Of a stretch of 64,000 bases of DNA, positions 13,081-26,049 are shown piece after piece. Numbering within the stretch: position 1 is the stretch's first letter; every line of letters begins with the position of its first letter. The stretch is from the human T2T-CHM13v2.0 reference genome, Homo sapiens. The DNA is taken from the NCBI RefSeq assembly GCF_009914755.1, contig NC_060926.1; one strand, written 5' to 3'. A model generated the notes under the pieces. It was not told the DNA's origin, did not search any database, and saw only the letters and a program-made list of their open reading frames with translations. The translations under genes and the position numbers were made by a program.

Positions 13081-14329
13081 CCACTATGAAAACATAACCT
13101 ACTTTACTGAAGTTCCAGGTGTATCAGGTTCTCTGTTTGGATAACCTCATCTGGTATATGGTTAATAGTAACCAATTCATTTTGCCACATTGTCCTCTGT
13201 GACTCCATGTCCAAGTTGGATTACACTTAGATGCCCTGAAATAGTCTAAGCCAGGTTCTGCACAAGCAAGTAGCCTCCCTTCTGGTAGTACTCAAGGCCC
13301 TCCATTACCTGGAACCAGCCTACAGTCATGTTCCAGCTTCCCACTGCTTCCTCTCACACACTCTCCACCTCAGCCAAGCAGCACAATTCCACCTTCTCCA
13401 AATCTGGCTGACATTTCCCTGCCCCTGAACGTTCCTGCCCTGTCCTCTTCAGCCTCAATCTTTTGACAAACATTCACCCAAAATCTAGTCATTGCACAAT
13501 GCACTGGGGTTACTAAGATGACTGTTCTCAAGGAGGACACAGTAAATAGAACCTCACCATACAGCATGGAATGTGCTACGACAGAGCTAAGTACCAGGTA
13601 TGATGCTCGCACAGCAAGGTTACTGGGTAAGACTTTCTGGAGCAGTAGCTATTTAAGTTGACCATTCATTGAGCCACATTTTACTAGTGAGTGCAGTTGC
13701 TGGGCCTTAAAGGCAAGAATCTAGACTTCACCATCTCTCTTCCACTTCTCAGTTCCATGGAATAAACATACAGGGCCTAGCAATTAGGATATCAGGCATC
13801 CTTATCCATGCATCTAATGAATTATACATAAGATTTCTCTGCAAATAATGGTTATGTGAGATTAGAGAGGAAGGAAGTAGGAAGCAGCTTACCAGGGCAG
13901 CCCAACACAATGCTGATAGTGGCATCTTAAACTGTTGCTAAGCAAGATGAAGGTCATGGCTTTGCCAGTGCCCACCCATGAGGACACCTGGTTGTTGTTC
14001 TAGTGGAAGAATGAGACCATTGCAAACCTTGATTTTTTAGTCAGCAAACCATTTAAGAATCATTTGAGAAAAGAACATGAGTCTTGGGTTTTTGCCTTCT
14101 GGTAAGATCAGGAAAGCACCAGTTCCAGAGCTTATAAATTGGTATGAGGGTCTGGGAAGAAAACCCCAGATCAATAGGGCAGTGATGTGGGAAGAGACGA
14201 TGATTATCACTGCTCTTGATGTCATGGAGGGAGGCGCTGCATACAGACCCACAGACACCAGCAACTCAGAGTCAGAGAGTATTCAGAAGAGCCTGTTGTG
14301 TGAAAACAGCTTAGGAATATTGCAGCCAA

Positions 14330-14533
14330 CTTATGTTGCTTATATGTTTATTTTAGTGTGTGCACAGTATCTAAATAAACTTAAAGAGCTTTTTCAATAA
14401 ATCTAAAATTATAATTCTAAGTTATAAAGCATTGTGGTCATCGTCTAATTGACAGTACTTTTTTATTCTTAGAGGTACATAAAATAACGGTGCCTCTTAA
14501 AATCAATAGTTTCTTAGATACTATGAAATACGG
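14330..14533. mobile_element. Tc2/Kanga-MER104-like DNA transposon end
   Basis: aaaataacggtgcctcttaaaatcaatagtttcttagatactatgaaatacgg matches the Kanga1/MER104-type terminal inverted repeat. Confidence 0.6.
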
Positions 14534-15980
14534 CGGCTACTCTATGGTGGCTATTTGTTTACCGAGTTAACCCACTGAATCCTGACTGTAATTAAGTTTT
14601 CTCTTTATGTATCGCTTCAGTTGAGTTGAAAGCTTCTCCAGTCCATTAGCTATCCACCTGAGCTCTGGAAAATATGTCAGTGTTCTTTGTGTTCTCTGGA
14701 AGAGAACGGCAAAATGTGAAAAAAAAAAAACCCTTTAATATTTAATACTGGCCTGTTATCCTCATTTCAGGTTTTAGGAATTAGATGAGAATGACTTCAT
14801 TGCACTGCAGGCAACTGTATTGATGGAATGGGCTTCACTCTGTGCAACAGATGTGCTCCTGGAGAAGATGTGTTTAATTTAGATTTTTTTGTGTTCCCAC
14901 AGAAAAAACAGTTTGCTTAAGACATCACTCCCTCACACACTTGCACACACACGGTGTTGCTTGAACATGCTACAAACAGATTACACAAGAGTTAGGAGGC
15001 AAGCCCAGGTCTGCATGCCAGGTTTCCTCACCCTGGACCCCACAGCCAGTCTTTGGAAGGCAATTATCTCTTTAGATTTACAAACCCAGAAAAATTGAGA
15101 CCTCTTTCCACATTACCTCTTGAACATGAGGCAACACGGTGTTACTAACAAGTATGTAATTCATGGATCTACAAGCCTTTGCTATGGGCTTTTGTGTCAA
15201 GAAATAGGAAAGTAAAAACCAGATACTCGACCTCGAGGAAGGATTGCAATTGATGAGATTTTAAAAATGAGAAAACAGTCCAGGTCCAAGGAAATGGTGT
15301 TCAGTCACAGTATCCTAAGAGTGTTCACTGGCAGGATTTTCTCCTCCTGTCATTCTGAGAATCTTAATGGGTTTGAATTGATTCACTGAGCCATGCCATT
15401 GAAAGGGAAGAGAAATGTCAAGACCCCATGTTTCCAGTCATGCATTTGGGGCCAGACCAAAATGCACTTCAGAACTTCTAGGTTTAAATGTTTCCACCAC
15501 CACAAATAAATCATTTGACAAGTCTTTCCACGCACCTATAGTGTTCCCCGCCTTGCCCTAAGGTCCCTCTATATGGAGCACAGAAGGTGAGGCCAACCTG
15601 GTCCTCCCTTTCAGGAGATGACCACTGAGATGTGGGGGTCAGCCTCACGCCTAAGGATAAGGGAGCTATCTAAGCAGCTTCACTACTCCAAGGGACCTGG
15701 GACTAATGCATGTGGTGAGGGTGGCAGGGAGAGAACATCCAGCACCCCCTGCAGGAGCCAAGAAGACCTCCTGCAGTAGCTTGCATGGGTCTCTGGGAGG
15801 TTGCAGGAGACTCCACCCTGGGAACTTTCTGTTGCCTGGCAATTGCCACCTGGGTGCTCTCTCTCTCCTCGCTAAACAACCTTCACACCAATCTGGAGGC
15901 CTTGGGTGGTTGCTGGTCTCTCTGTTCAAACCAAGTGAGAACTGGTTTGAATCAGGGAATCCAAGAAGTGGGTAGAAAAG

Positions 15981-16039
15981 GGCATTGCTATATAGGATAA
16001 GGTACGGCATTGCTATATAGGATAAGGTATTGCATTGCT
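15981..16039. repeat. 25-bp tandem duplication (2.4 copies)
   Basis: ggcattgctatataggataaggtac / ggcattgctatataggataaggtat / tgcattgct. Confidence 0.95.
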
Positions 16040-18279
16040 GATAACTCAAAACAACTCTATGGGAAACACAAGATGGCTTCATTACCTATGCTGGCATCGA
16101 GGCGATAGCCATCAGTTAAAGGACGAACCTCAGGGCGAAGCCGGATGAGGACCCCTTCTTGAATAGCCCTACGTGTGACTCTAAGAGCTTCTCTTCTTTC
16201 CTCTTATGCAGGTTTTTATCTAAATAGCTACACGTATCTCATTGCAGTGAGGAAGACAGGACCTGGCACAAGATCCTGTCCTACTAGTGATTTAGTGGAG
16301 TAAGGAGCACAGGTAGGAGGTTCCCGGGGACTGAAAATCAGTGAGGCACTCACCTGAGGATTGGAGACCATGGGCTCAGATTCTCCCCAGTTAAAAAGGA
16401 TGTACTTTCCCACCTGCCCCAGAACAGGAGCTGAGTCTGCACTGCTCAGGTATGTCGCTCACCTCCTCTTCCCAAAATGAGGGGACAGGGACAGGGGAAG
16501 GAACAGAACACCAAGAACAGAGCCATCTAGCCCAAGCTGCTCCTCTACCTTTCTGGACACAACTCTGTGGGCTCCCTAAGTCCACGGCCACATGTTCTCA
16601 CCCTGATGAACCCCAGAGAGGTGCACTATTCAGCTTTCAACGTGGCCTAATCCCAGCTGAGGGCTCAGCTCTGGGCTCTCCCTGAACCACACAGATCTCC
16701 AAGTCAGAGATACCGCATGTCAGTGCTGGCAGTTGAAACAGTAGGGACCATCACATTTTTGATTTATAGGCTGCCCAGGGAATGTCCCAAAGCCGGAAGG
16801 CCAAGTTTCATAATCGGCTCCTTGGTCTGAGGCCAAACCATCAGGCCACAACACTTCCTGCTAACATGTTGGACTTTTCCAACATATAATTACTTATTCA
16901 TGAATTATTTGGACCTAAATACTGTACAGGCTTTTTCACTTCCTTACCTCCCCTAATAATCTGTCGTTGGAATTATACATTCGATTCCCAATTATAAGCT
17001 AAGACTTACCTCTGGGGCCCTGATATTGTCTTAGCAAATGCAGAGTTAAACCCAAAACAAAGCCAATAAAGGAGGCATCTAAAATTCCATGGCACCACCA
17101 TGTAATTTGAGTCTTATTTAAAACAACTATTCATTTTAATGACTGTTCAAGTTTATTTTCATAAAAATGTGTTTTACGTAAGCCCCAAAGTTTCATATAC
17201 AATTAATTCCCTTCACAAAGAAAGTACGTTTCAAACCCAGAATGGTCATGCTGGTCTCCATGACCGTGGAGCTTGTTTCTTTCAAGTTGTAGTTGCCTTT
17301 TTTCCACTGTAATTAAGCTTGGGGGAAAAAATCATAATGCTAACCAAATAAATCCCACCCTTCGTACAATTATGTATGGTATGCAGTGAGCAAAAAAAAT
17401 GATCTAGGCTTTGTTCGTCTTAAAATACACTTGGCAGCCACTTCACTTAATAAGCTCCTTTCTCCTTCTGAGAACAAGGGAGTCATAAAGTCCAAGCAAT
17501 AATGGAGGAGGGCTGGCAGCTCCGGAGGGAAGTGACAACATCCCACGGCAGCAACCTGCACACAGGGTTCTGAGCAATGCTCTGACCTGGCTTCTCCACA
17601 ATCATGAGTTCATCTTGTCTCTAAGTGTATCTCTCCGGGACTTGTTTTTATTGTAGTTTCCCCCTTTGGGGAATCTAATTTTTACATAACGATGCAAGGT
17701 CAAACAGAGAGGGCTCACAAACCCTCATTCTCCTACAGAACCTCACAGGTTTCACTGAACACCAGCCGGCCTGATCAGGTCTCCCCGTTTCCATCCCCAC
17801 CACCCAGGACCTGGCACGAGATCCTATTCTGCTGAAGCCCCACAGCCATCTCTCAGTGGGGCCTGCACTCCACACCCCAGGAATTTCTCTGCCCCAGTCA
17901 TGACTAAGCTGGCCCCTTGTTGCTTCCCCTCATGCTCTAGAAGGGGCCCACTCCCAGGTGCCACCCACTTGCTGCACCCTGGTGGCCACTGTTGACATTC
18001 AGAACATCTAACCTGGACTCCTCAAAGCTGCCCTACATCATACTGTCTCCATGTTTTGCTTCCTCCAACCCAAACAGCACTGTGATCGGAGAGGTCTAGG
18101 GTTCTAAAATGCCCATCTGAGCACTTCACACTTCCAGCTTAGCAACTGTTATCACCATTGGTGACCAAAGTGTAGACAGATCATTACATTAACTTTCAAC
18201 AGCCAGGATCCCACCTTTTTTTCAAAGTTGATTTTTCTGACATCTTCCTGCTTATGTAGTATATAAGATAAACTGGACA

Positions 18280-18703
18280 ACCTGCTGATCCCTGCAAATA
18301 CCCTTTGATTTTTCTCCCTCCAGGCCTTTGCTGATGCTGTTCTTTCTACTTGGAAGGCCAAGTCAGTATCTGTTGGTTTGTATGCTATTTGCCATTCAAG
18401 GCTTGGCTCAAATACCACTTCCTCCCCTTAACGAGAAGTTTTTTCTTCCCCATATGAACCCTATAAAATTCTAACATAGCTCACTTAGAGCTCTTACCTT
18501 GTTTCAACACCAAGCAACAAACATGCCCATCCCTGCCCCCTAAATTTCTGCTATTTGTGAGTATGCCTTACCCAGCGTACTAATCTGAATGCTCCTTGAG
18601 GCCAGAAGCCACATCCTATTAATCTTTGCATTTCTCCTGCCTAGTAAAGTGGCTTGCATTTAATAGGCATTAAATATATATTTGTTGACAGAATAACTGA
18701 ATG
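18280..18703 (+). mobile_element. L2 3' region
   Basis: caggcctttgctgatgctgttctttctacttggaa..ttcaaggcttggctcaaataccact..gctccttgaggccagaagccaca..taaatatatatttgttgacagaat. Confidence 0.8.
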
Positions 18704-19644
18704 AAAGACTTCTCTGGAGTTTTATTTTATACAGAAGAAGGTTAGAGAGGGAGGAAGAGGTGTGATGTTGCTTAATTTGTTCTGGATTATGATGGGCACT
18801 TTTTCCCATCAAGGTAGGTAGCAATCCTTGAAGTCTCAAATTAAATGTCACTTGTACATAGAGAAGAAGCCTTCCATTACTCCTATACTAGGTTAGGTTC
18901 CTCTCCTGTGCACTGTCACTCACACACACACACCCCCACACACCTGTTGTGAGTGGTGTTCCAGGTGGAGGGGTTGGAGGAGACACTTCTCCACTCCTGG
19001 TGTTTTCCATCAGATGAAGCCTGCTTCCACTAGCACCATACACCTGGCCTCTCTCTCCACCCTTCACTCATTTATACTGAATTTATATCAATTAGTGGCC
19101 CTGGAAGGGAGATTTGGGTCTCAGTAACCTAGACCTCCTCCTCCTCCCTCATCTTAGAAGCAAGTTCTTCTAGGAAGCCCATCCTATGCACAGCTGCTGC
19201 GCTATACTGTAGGATTTACCCAGATGCAGGCTCTCCGGCTGCAAGTGGGAGCCTTGCTTGGCCCAGGCTGCCTGGGACTGCTGGGCCAACTCTGAGATTC
19301 AGCATCAGGCAGCCCACGTGCCTGAAGATACAAGCTCCATTCTCCAATGGCAGCTTCCTAGTTAATTTGAGTGCTATTTTGATTTCCCATCTGCCTTACT
19401 TTTTTATCTTTTTTCAGTTGGCTCAGGTCTTGGGTGAAAAAAAGGAGAGTTCATCATTGGACCTTCTCCAGACCTGCCTCTGTCTCCTAATAACTATGTG
19501 TTTAATCACAGTGTCCCACTCGAGACCCTCCACTCCAGGAGGACTGGTGCATCTCTCTTTTTCATTGTGTTTCCCGTGCCAAGCAATGACTGGTGTGTCG
19601 GATGCTAAACCCCAGTAAATGTTAAAGAGGTAGCTAAATGCTAT

Positions 19645-19855
19645 TGAGAAAAAATTAGAAGAAAGAAATGAAAAGGAAAGAAAAAAGGAGAGAAGAAAAA
19701 AGGAAAGGGAAGGCATCTTATAAGAAAGAGACAGGAGAGGAAGAGAAGGAAAAAGAAAACTAGGTAATAAGGAAAGAAGACGATAAGAACTTCCTTGAGA
19801 GGAAGTCAAAAAGGAAAAAAAACAAAAGGGTAACCAAGTAAGGGGTAAAAGAAAG
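19645..19855. repeat. A/G-rich low-complexity polypurine tract
   Basis: About 200 nt dominated by GAAA/GGAA/GAGA. Confidence 0.85.
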
Positions 19856-20907
19856 TGCCAGAACAGACCCTGCAGCCAGGCTAGAGAGCCCAGCGAGAAT
19901 GAGAGCAAGACTATGGCTAACCTCTCACCCTTCATCCTTCCCTCCCTCAAAGGGCTTCCTTCCCATCCCGACTCTCACCTTCGCTCTCCAGTAGATTCAT
20001 CTGAACAATTAGCTTTCGCCTCCTCCTCTCTGTTCGCAGTGCTGCTGGGAGGTAGGACTGGGATGAATGCAGAGGGAAGCGATTTGGGAGGAGGAAGCCT
20101 CACTGAGAGAAGGGTTAATAGTGTTTGGAAGCTACATCCAGAAACTCTTATCTCCTGTATGAGCCCAGGGATCACCCCGGGACCCCAGCCCTGCAAAGGT
20201 CAGGAAGCTTAGAGAACAAGCTCCTCTAATAAAGCAAAAGCCGTCAGCTCCTCCCACAACACCTTCCCCAAGGCCCAGCCTACCCTCTTCCCCCAGGCCC
20301 CCTTTCCTGTTCAATTCTCATTATCCTTCTGCTAATCGAATAGAGCTGGGCACTTGATCAAAACTATTGGTTCTGTAACTCACCCAGATGCATCATAAGC
20401 CGAGACGTTTATAGCTGTCCTGGGATATATATCTCTGTGATCTAGCTCCTCCGCGAGCTCTTTGGCTGCCCCCGGAGTCGGGACAAATCTTATTTCAAAG
20501 TATGTTTAGAAGAAGGAAGCTGAGGCCTGGGTAGGTCTTCTTCTGACACTCCGCCTCCCTGTTCACAATGGCCAAAGGAAAGGGCCACAAGCACTTCCCA
20601 GGAAATAAACAGATGAATTAACGTTAATTATTTTGTATGCGTTTGATCCGTACGTGAACTAGTATCATCAGGCAGCACTCACTCGTGAATATTCCCTGGG
20701 ACTCCAGCATGGTGGGGATTTTAAAAAGAAATGTAGCTCTATCAATAAGAAACATGTCATCCTGTTTATGCCCAAGTTGCATCACCCACAAAACAGCCTT
20801 TCAATATTCTCAGCTGCAAGGTACGTTCACAATGATGATTAACATTGTTACTGTTATTAAAACCTTCAGTTTTCCCCCCTGGGCTTCAGATGACAGGAAT
20901 AACATAC

Positions 20908-21277
20908 TGTATTCATCTACTGGGGCTGCTATAACAAAGTAGCACAGACTGGGTGGCTTAAACAATGGATATTTATTTTCTCACAGTCCTTCAGGCTCTA
21001 AGTCCAAGATCAAGGTGTCAGCAAGATTAGTTTCTCCTGAGGCCTCTCTCCTTGGCTCATAGATGGCTGTATCCTCTCTGTGTCTACACATGGTCTTCTC
21101 TCTGTGTGTGTTTGCATCCTAATCCCCTCTGCTTATAAGGACACCAGTCACATTGGCCTCATTTACCTTAATCACCTCTTTAAAGGCCCTATCTCCAATT
21201 CCAGTCACATTTGAGATACAGGGAGCTGGGGCTTCAGTGTAGGAATTTTGTAGGGGCCACAATTCAGCCCAGACCAC
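20908..21277 (-). mobile_element. MLT1B-like MaLR solo LTR
   Basis: tgtatt..ggggctgctataacaaagtagcacagactgggtggcttaaacaa..cttataaggacaccagtcacattgg..ggggccacaattcagccc. Confidence 0.9.
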
Positions 21278-21629
21278 CCTCTGTTCCAAATTCTTTCCTG
21301 AAGTTAGAGCTGAGTCACTGGGGGACGGAGAGGGGGAAACATAAAGGCCTGGCTTCCAATCTCTGCCAAAAACATGAATATTGTTCACAGATATCAGAAG
21401 CACAGCCACCACCAGGCACCCCCAGCTGCACAGCCTCAGCCCGTGAGGGCAACGGAGTAGGAACCAACCGCCCACCTGATGATGAGGCCGCCCAGTTCTG
21501 AGGCAGCGAGCAGCAACAAATGGCTCCCACCAGAGGTGCCAGCTCAGCAGCGCAGAGAGTGTCAGGCAGCATGTAGAATCTTCATCCCTCCATAAAGGGA
21601 AAGTAAGCCCTGGGGAGAGGCTGCAGAGC

Positions 21630-21780
21630 CTCTGCTAGCTGGTTAACTTCCTGAGTCTCGGTCTCCTGTCTGTCAGTGGAGGAGATCACTAGAGCTACTT
21701 ATTCCACCGTATGAAGATTAGACCAGAACATCTCTACTCCAGCGCAGTGCAACATGGCACATAGCATGTGCTTGAAACAC
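21630..21780 (+). mobile_element. MIR fragment
   Basis: ttaacttcctgagtctcggtctcctgtctgtcagtggaggagat..tgaagattaga..tggcacatagcatgtgctt. Confidence 0.6.
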
Positions 21781-22329
21781 ACTGGCCAGAGCAGCGGTGG
21801 TGGCAGTGGTGGTGTCAGCAGTGGGCATCAGGGTCGGATTTTGTCATCCTCAGAGCCTGCTCTAGCTTTCCCATTTCCGCAAGCTGGCCCAGACCTTCCT
21901 GCCCATGCCATGCAGATGCCTCCCTCCTCTTCTCTGCTCAAGGACCAGCTCCCCACTTTCTCCCAGATGGCTTTCCAAAACACACTAGCACACGGAATCT
22001 CTGTCTCTGAGCTCCAACAGCTCAGGCCGGCAGTGTGTTCATCTGGCCTGAGCCCAGTCTTGAATCACTGACTTTCATGTGTACTCTTCTAAGCTTCCCA
22101 TGGAACCTTCAGGGCATGGAGACTCCACATCGTCACCCCTTTGCATTCTTCTGGGTTTGTCCTTACAATGCTGACATTTGTACCCCTCTGTGTCTTTGCC
22201 CACATGATGCCCTGATGCCCTCCCTAGGCGTGGCTAATGTCCTCCCTGACACGCAGAAAATAAAGGGAGCTATCTGCCTCAGCACCCAGAGCAACCCACG
22301 TGACCCTCATATCCCTTTGTCATCATGGC

Positions 22330-22550
22330 TGCCATTGGCTGAATGCCTACTCTATGCCAACCGCTGAGCCAGAGGCTTTACACACATTCGCTCCCATGCT
22401 CACACTATGAGATTAGTATAATGGCACCATTCTGCAAGTGATGAAACCAAGGCTGCAGGTAAAGTGACTTGCTATAGGTCACATGATCATAAGAAAAAGA
22501 AGTTGTCATTTTCTAAGTCTGTCTCCAAAGACAGCTATTTTTCTATCACA
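22330..22550 (-). mobile_element. MIR
   Basis: ccattctgcaagtgatgaaaccaaggctgcaggtaaagtgacttgctataggtcaca. Confidence 0.75.
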
Positions 22551-22564
22551 CCAATGGTCTCAAG

Positions 22565-22950
22565 TAAGAAAAATGGACACTTAAATCATGTGGGCAGCAG
22601 AGCGTGGGGGGTCACATGTTGGAATACTACATAACCATGACAAAGAATCAACCACTGCTACATGCAACAACATGTAATATAAGCAAAGGAAGCCAGACAT
22701 GGATCGTAAATATATGATTGTGTGCAGATGAAGTTCAAGGGCAGGCGAAGCTAATCCACACTGATGGAAGTTAGAATAGTGGTTACTTCTGGATGAGTGA
22801 GTGAGAGGCACCGACTTGGAAGGACCGTGAAGGAGCCTTTTGGGGCACTGGAAATGTTCCTTTTATAGCCGGATGGTATTCATACAAACGCATATGTATG
22901 TAAAATGCATGTATGTACATTATCCCTCAATAAAAAAAATGTTTAAAACA
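22565..22950 (+). mobile_element. L1ME-type 3' UTR fragment
   Basis: ggaatactacataaccatgacaaagaatcaaccactgctacatgcaacaacatg..gaagttagaatagtggttac..ctcaataaaaaaaa. Confidence 0.85.
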
Positions 22951-24851
22951 TCCTCAGGGAGGACATATGTAGTCTTTTAAATATATTCAATATTATAATT
23001 TCATATTTGGAAACCAAAAAATAAATCACTCTATTGCTTTTGAAACACAAACTTTAAAAGAATTTTCAAGATGTATACGTTTCTCCAAAGGAGACATATG
23101 TTTAAAAGACTGAGACACGCTGCACTGCATGGATCACATTCTGTCTCCATTCTTTGTGTATTTCTGGCTCCCCTGTCAGACTCAGGGCACCTTTGAGGAA
23201 ACACCATCCTGGAATGGCCACAGCATAGGATCTGCACAGCTCACAGGAAGGGTCTAGTAAGGGATTGTCAAATGGGTCATCTCTGCCCTCCAGAACTCAT
23301 AACATGTGGACAAGTCCAAGAATTCAGGACTGAGGCTGCTTCTCCCAATCCTGTCTATCATTCAGCCACATTTTACAACTCAGACAAAGAGAAGAATACC
23401 ACTGCTGTGGAAAGCCTTGCTCCGAAACAAGGGGTGGTTGCTCAGTGGGCCTGGCAGGGCGCTGAGCTGCTGAGAGTCTGTCTCCACCCCAGTAATCATA
23501 TAAAATTTCCCCCGCCAGTGCCTCTGCCCCCTGTGGGCAGTTTGCTCTGCATGCTGAATCCGGGCACAGAGAACCTGCTGGAAGTTGCTCTTGCAGGAAA
23601 TGGCCTTTGCTGTTCTTAGAGCAAAGCCTTTAATTTGCGTGGCAGGAAGCTTAGTGTATTTCACACTGTCGTTCTCATCATGAACTCCTAGGGGAGGAGC
23701 ATGAGTGTGAACCTTCTATATTGAACATTCAGTTTGCCAGGCCCTAGCATAGGTCCTAGGACATGGTGGGCACATACAGGTAAGTTCACGCCCCTACTCT
23801 CCTGAGAGTTCACGATGAGAAAAACAGCACTTGAGGGCTGGGCATTACCAACCAGCCAAGGCACAAATTTTTCTCAAGAACCTGCTATATGCCATGATGG
23901 TTGTCAAGAGGATGCAGTGTTTTTGGTGGATGACAATGCCAAACCCTTTGAGTAGCTGAGCCATGCTGAACAATGGAGAGAAAATGCAGAGGCTACTTTG
24001 CTTTATTTTAATGGGGCAAAATGTAGGTCTGTGGTCCCTTTCTGCAGTCTTTATTTTGTATTAGATCTCATAAAAGTTCCTAGAAAGTTCCTGCCCAGCT
24101 GTCTCTTTGAGCTATAGGTGGACAACAAGACATTTTTCTGGTTCAGTGAGGCCGCAGACAGTGCAGGCTCTTACCTTCACCACAAAGATACCTGCTTCGT
24201 CTTTGTCAGATTCTGGAACATTCTCAGGCTTCCACTCATTACTTTGTATCAGTCCTTTAGAGAAGTTAGAGAAATTCCAGGAACTAATGATTGACTCATG
24301 AATATCCAGCCTCTCAGGACCCTTATCATTCTTCATTAGAACCAGATAGACAGATTAATTGGCTGATCCTCCTTGAATACCACAAGAGGCAAAAAATGCA
24401 CTCAAGTGATCAAGCAATGGGAAGAAAGGGAGATAATGGACAAAAAGGTCATGTCCGGAGAGGCCCCAAAGACTATCAGAGTGAACAAGGACCAAAATCA
24501 TCCCTAGAGATCTCAAAGTGGGGGTGGGCCTAGGACTGGGTCAAATCTTACTCTCAGGCCAAGGCTAGTAACCAAGGTCAGGAGCACCTCCCTCTTGCAA
24601 TGAAGCTGCAAAGATGCTCTCCCAGTTAGTTCTATCTCACTCCTTCTCTGCTACTCAAGTTTTCAGAATGAGTTCTGTGGCTCTTTCACAAGCCAGGGCT
24701 GAAAGAGGAGTGCAGTATGAGGTCTACTCCCACCCTCAGGCCCACAGACACTCTACAGAAATTGCAAGAGACCTGCAGGCCACCCAGCTAGTAGAAACAC
24801 TTCTCATAATTCTTGGCAACAACCTCATACTGATGTAAATACAAATCTCTT

Positions 24852-25420
24852 TCACATTCATATTCATTCACTCATGGCCATTTGGAGACATGTCTAATGT
24901 ATGAGGTATGCTGAAGGTCACAGAGATGAATTAGACATGTTCTAACTGTCCTTACAAGTTTTTAGTCTGGTAGAAGAAACTCATATTCAATAACAAAATA
25001 CAAGCAAGCTGTGAGGACTATTGCCAGGAAGGGCCCAAGTCTCTATGGGGGCACAGAGGGGGGAAATTCCTTCTAGTTGGAGGAATCAAGAAAGGAAAAC
25101 AGCAGAAGAAGAGATTTGTACTGGACCTTGAATAAGAGATATCTGGATACATGAGAAAATGGGGAGGAACTAGCCTACCAGGATGAAAGGACTCAGGACC
25201 AAAAATGAGGAGATGAGAACACGTAGAGCATGTTCAGAAAACACCAAGTTGATTAATTTCACTAATCAGAGTATGTAAAAAGGAGAAATGGGAGATAAGA
25301 CTATTTAAGAAATGGTCTAATGTAAGAAAAATCTAAATCTCAGAGGACCTTGAATGTCATATTGGAAGCTCAGACTTCGTTCATTAGGTGATAAGAAGTT
25401 ATTGAAGAACACGATCAGGG
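24852..25420 (-). mobile_element. L2 3' region
   Basis: cattcatattcattcactc..acagagatgaattagacatg..tagtctggtagaagaaac..gaccttgaatgtcatattggaagctcagactt. Confidence 0.75.
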
Positions 25421-26049
25421 TCAAGGTCAGGGGGGTGGGGGGAGTTGAGGGTGGCTTGAGTGAATTTCACCTTCAGAAGAAAGATCTGGAAGCTCGACAA
25501 TCAAAGGCAGAAAATACGGAGTCCTCATCTCAGAGAAGGAAAAGTTCTGCTTCATTTTCAAGCTCTCCATGATGTCTATTTCATCAGTTTTCTCTTCTCT
25601 GTTTATATATTCAGACTCCACCCTCCCCCCCCCCACTTTGGGTTCTTTCTGCACAGATTACAAATACTTAAGTCTATCTCTTACATTGACAAAACCAAAT
25701 ATATACAAACTTCCCACTTTTCCACTCTTTTATTCACAGACAAGCTTCTTAAAATGATAGCAAGCCTCCTAAATGGAATGATTTTGTGCATACCCCCACT
25801 TTTTAAACCCCAGGGTATTCATACATAACATGATCCCTTGGGGGTAGGAATAAAGTATCAGAATCTTAACTTTTATTTATTTTATCTAAGAATAACAAAG
25901 TAAAATTATGTTTTACTAATTCATAAAACTCTGCCATATAACTCATAAACAGAGTCCAAAAAACTCAATCATGCGAAATTAAGAGTGGTGTTTTTGTGAG
26001 GTTAATGAAAAATAGAAATTGAGGGGTCAGTTTCTGCCATCAGTAAACA

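Noticed and set aside
19423-19950. 175-aa hydrophobic ORF (minus strand)
   Set aside because: F/L/S-rich translation of the antisense polypurine tract, which lacks stop codons for compositional reasons.
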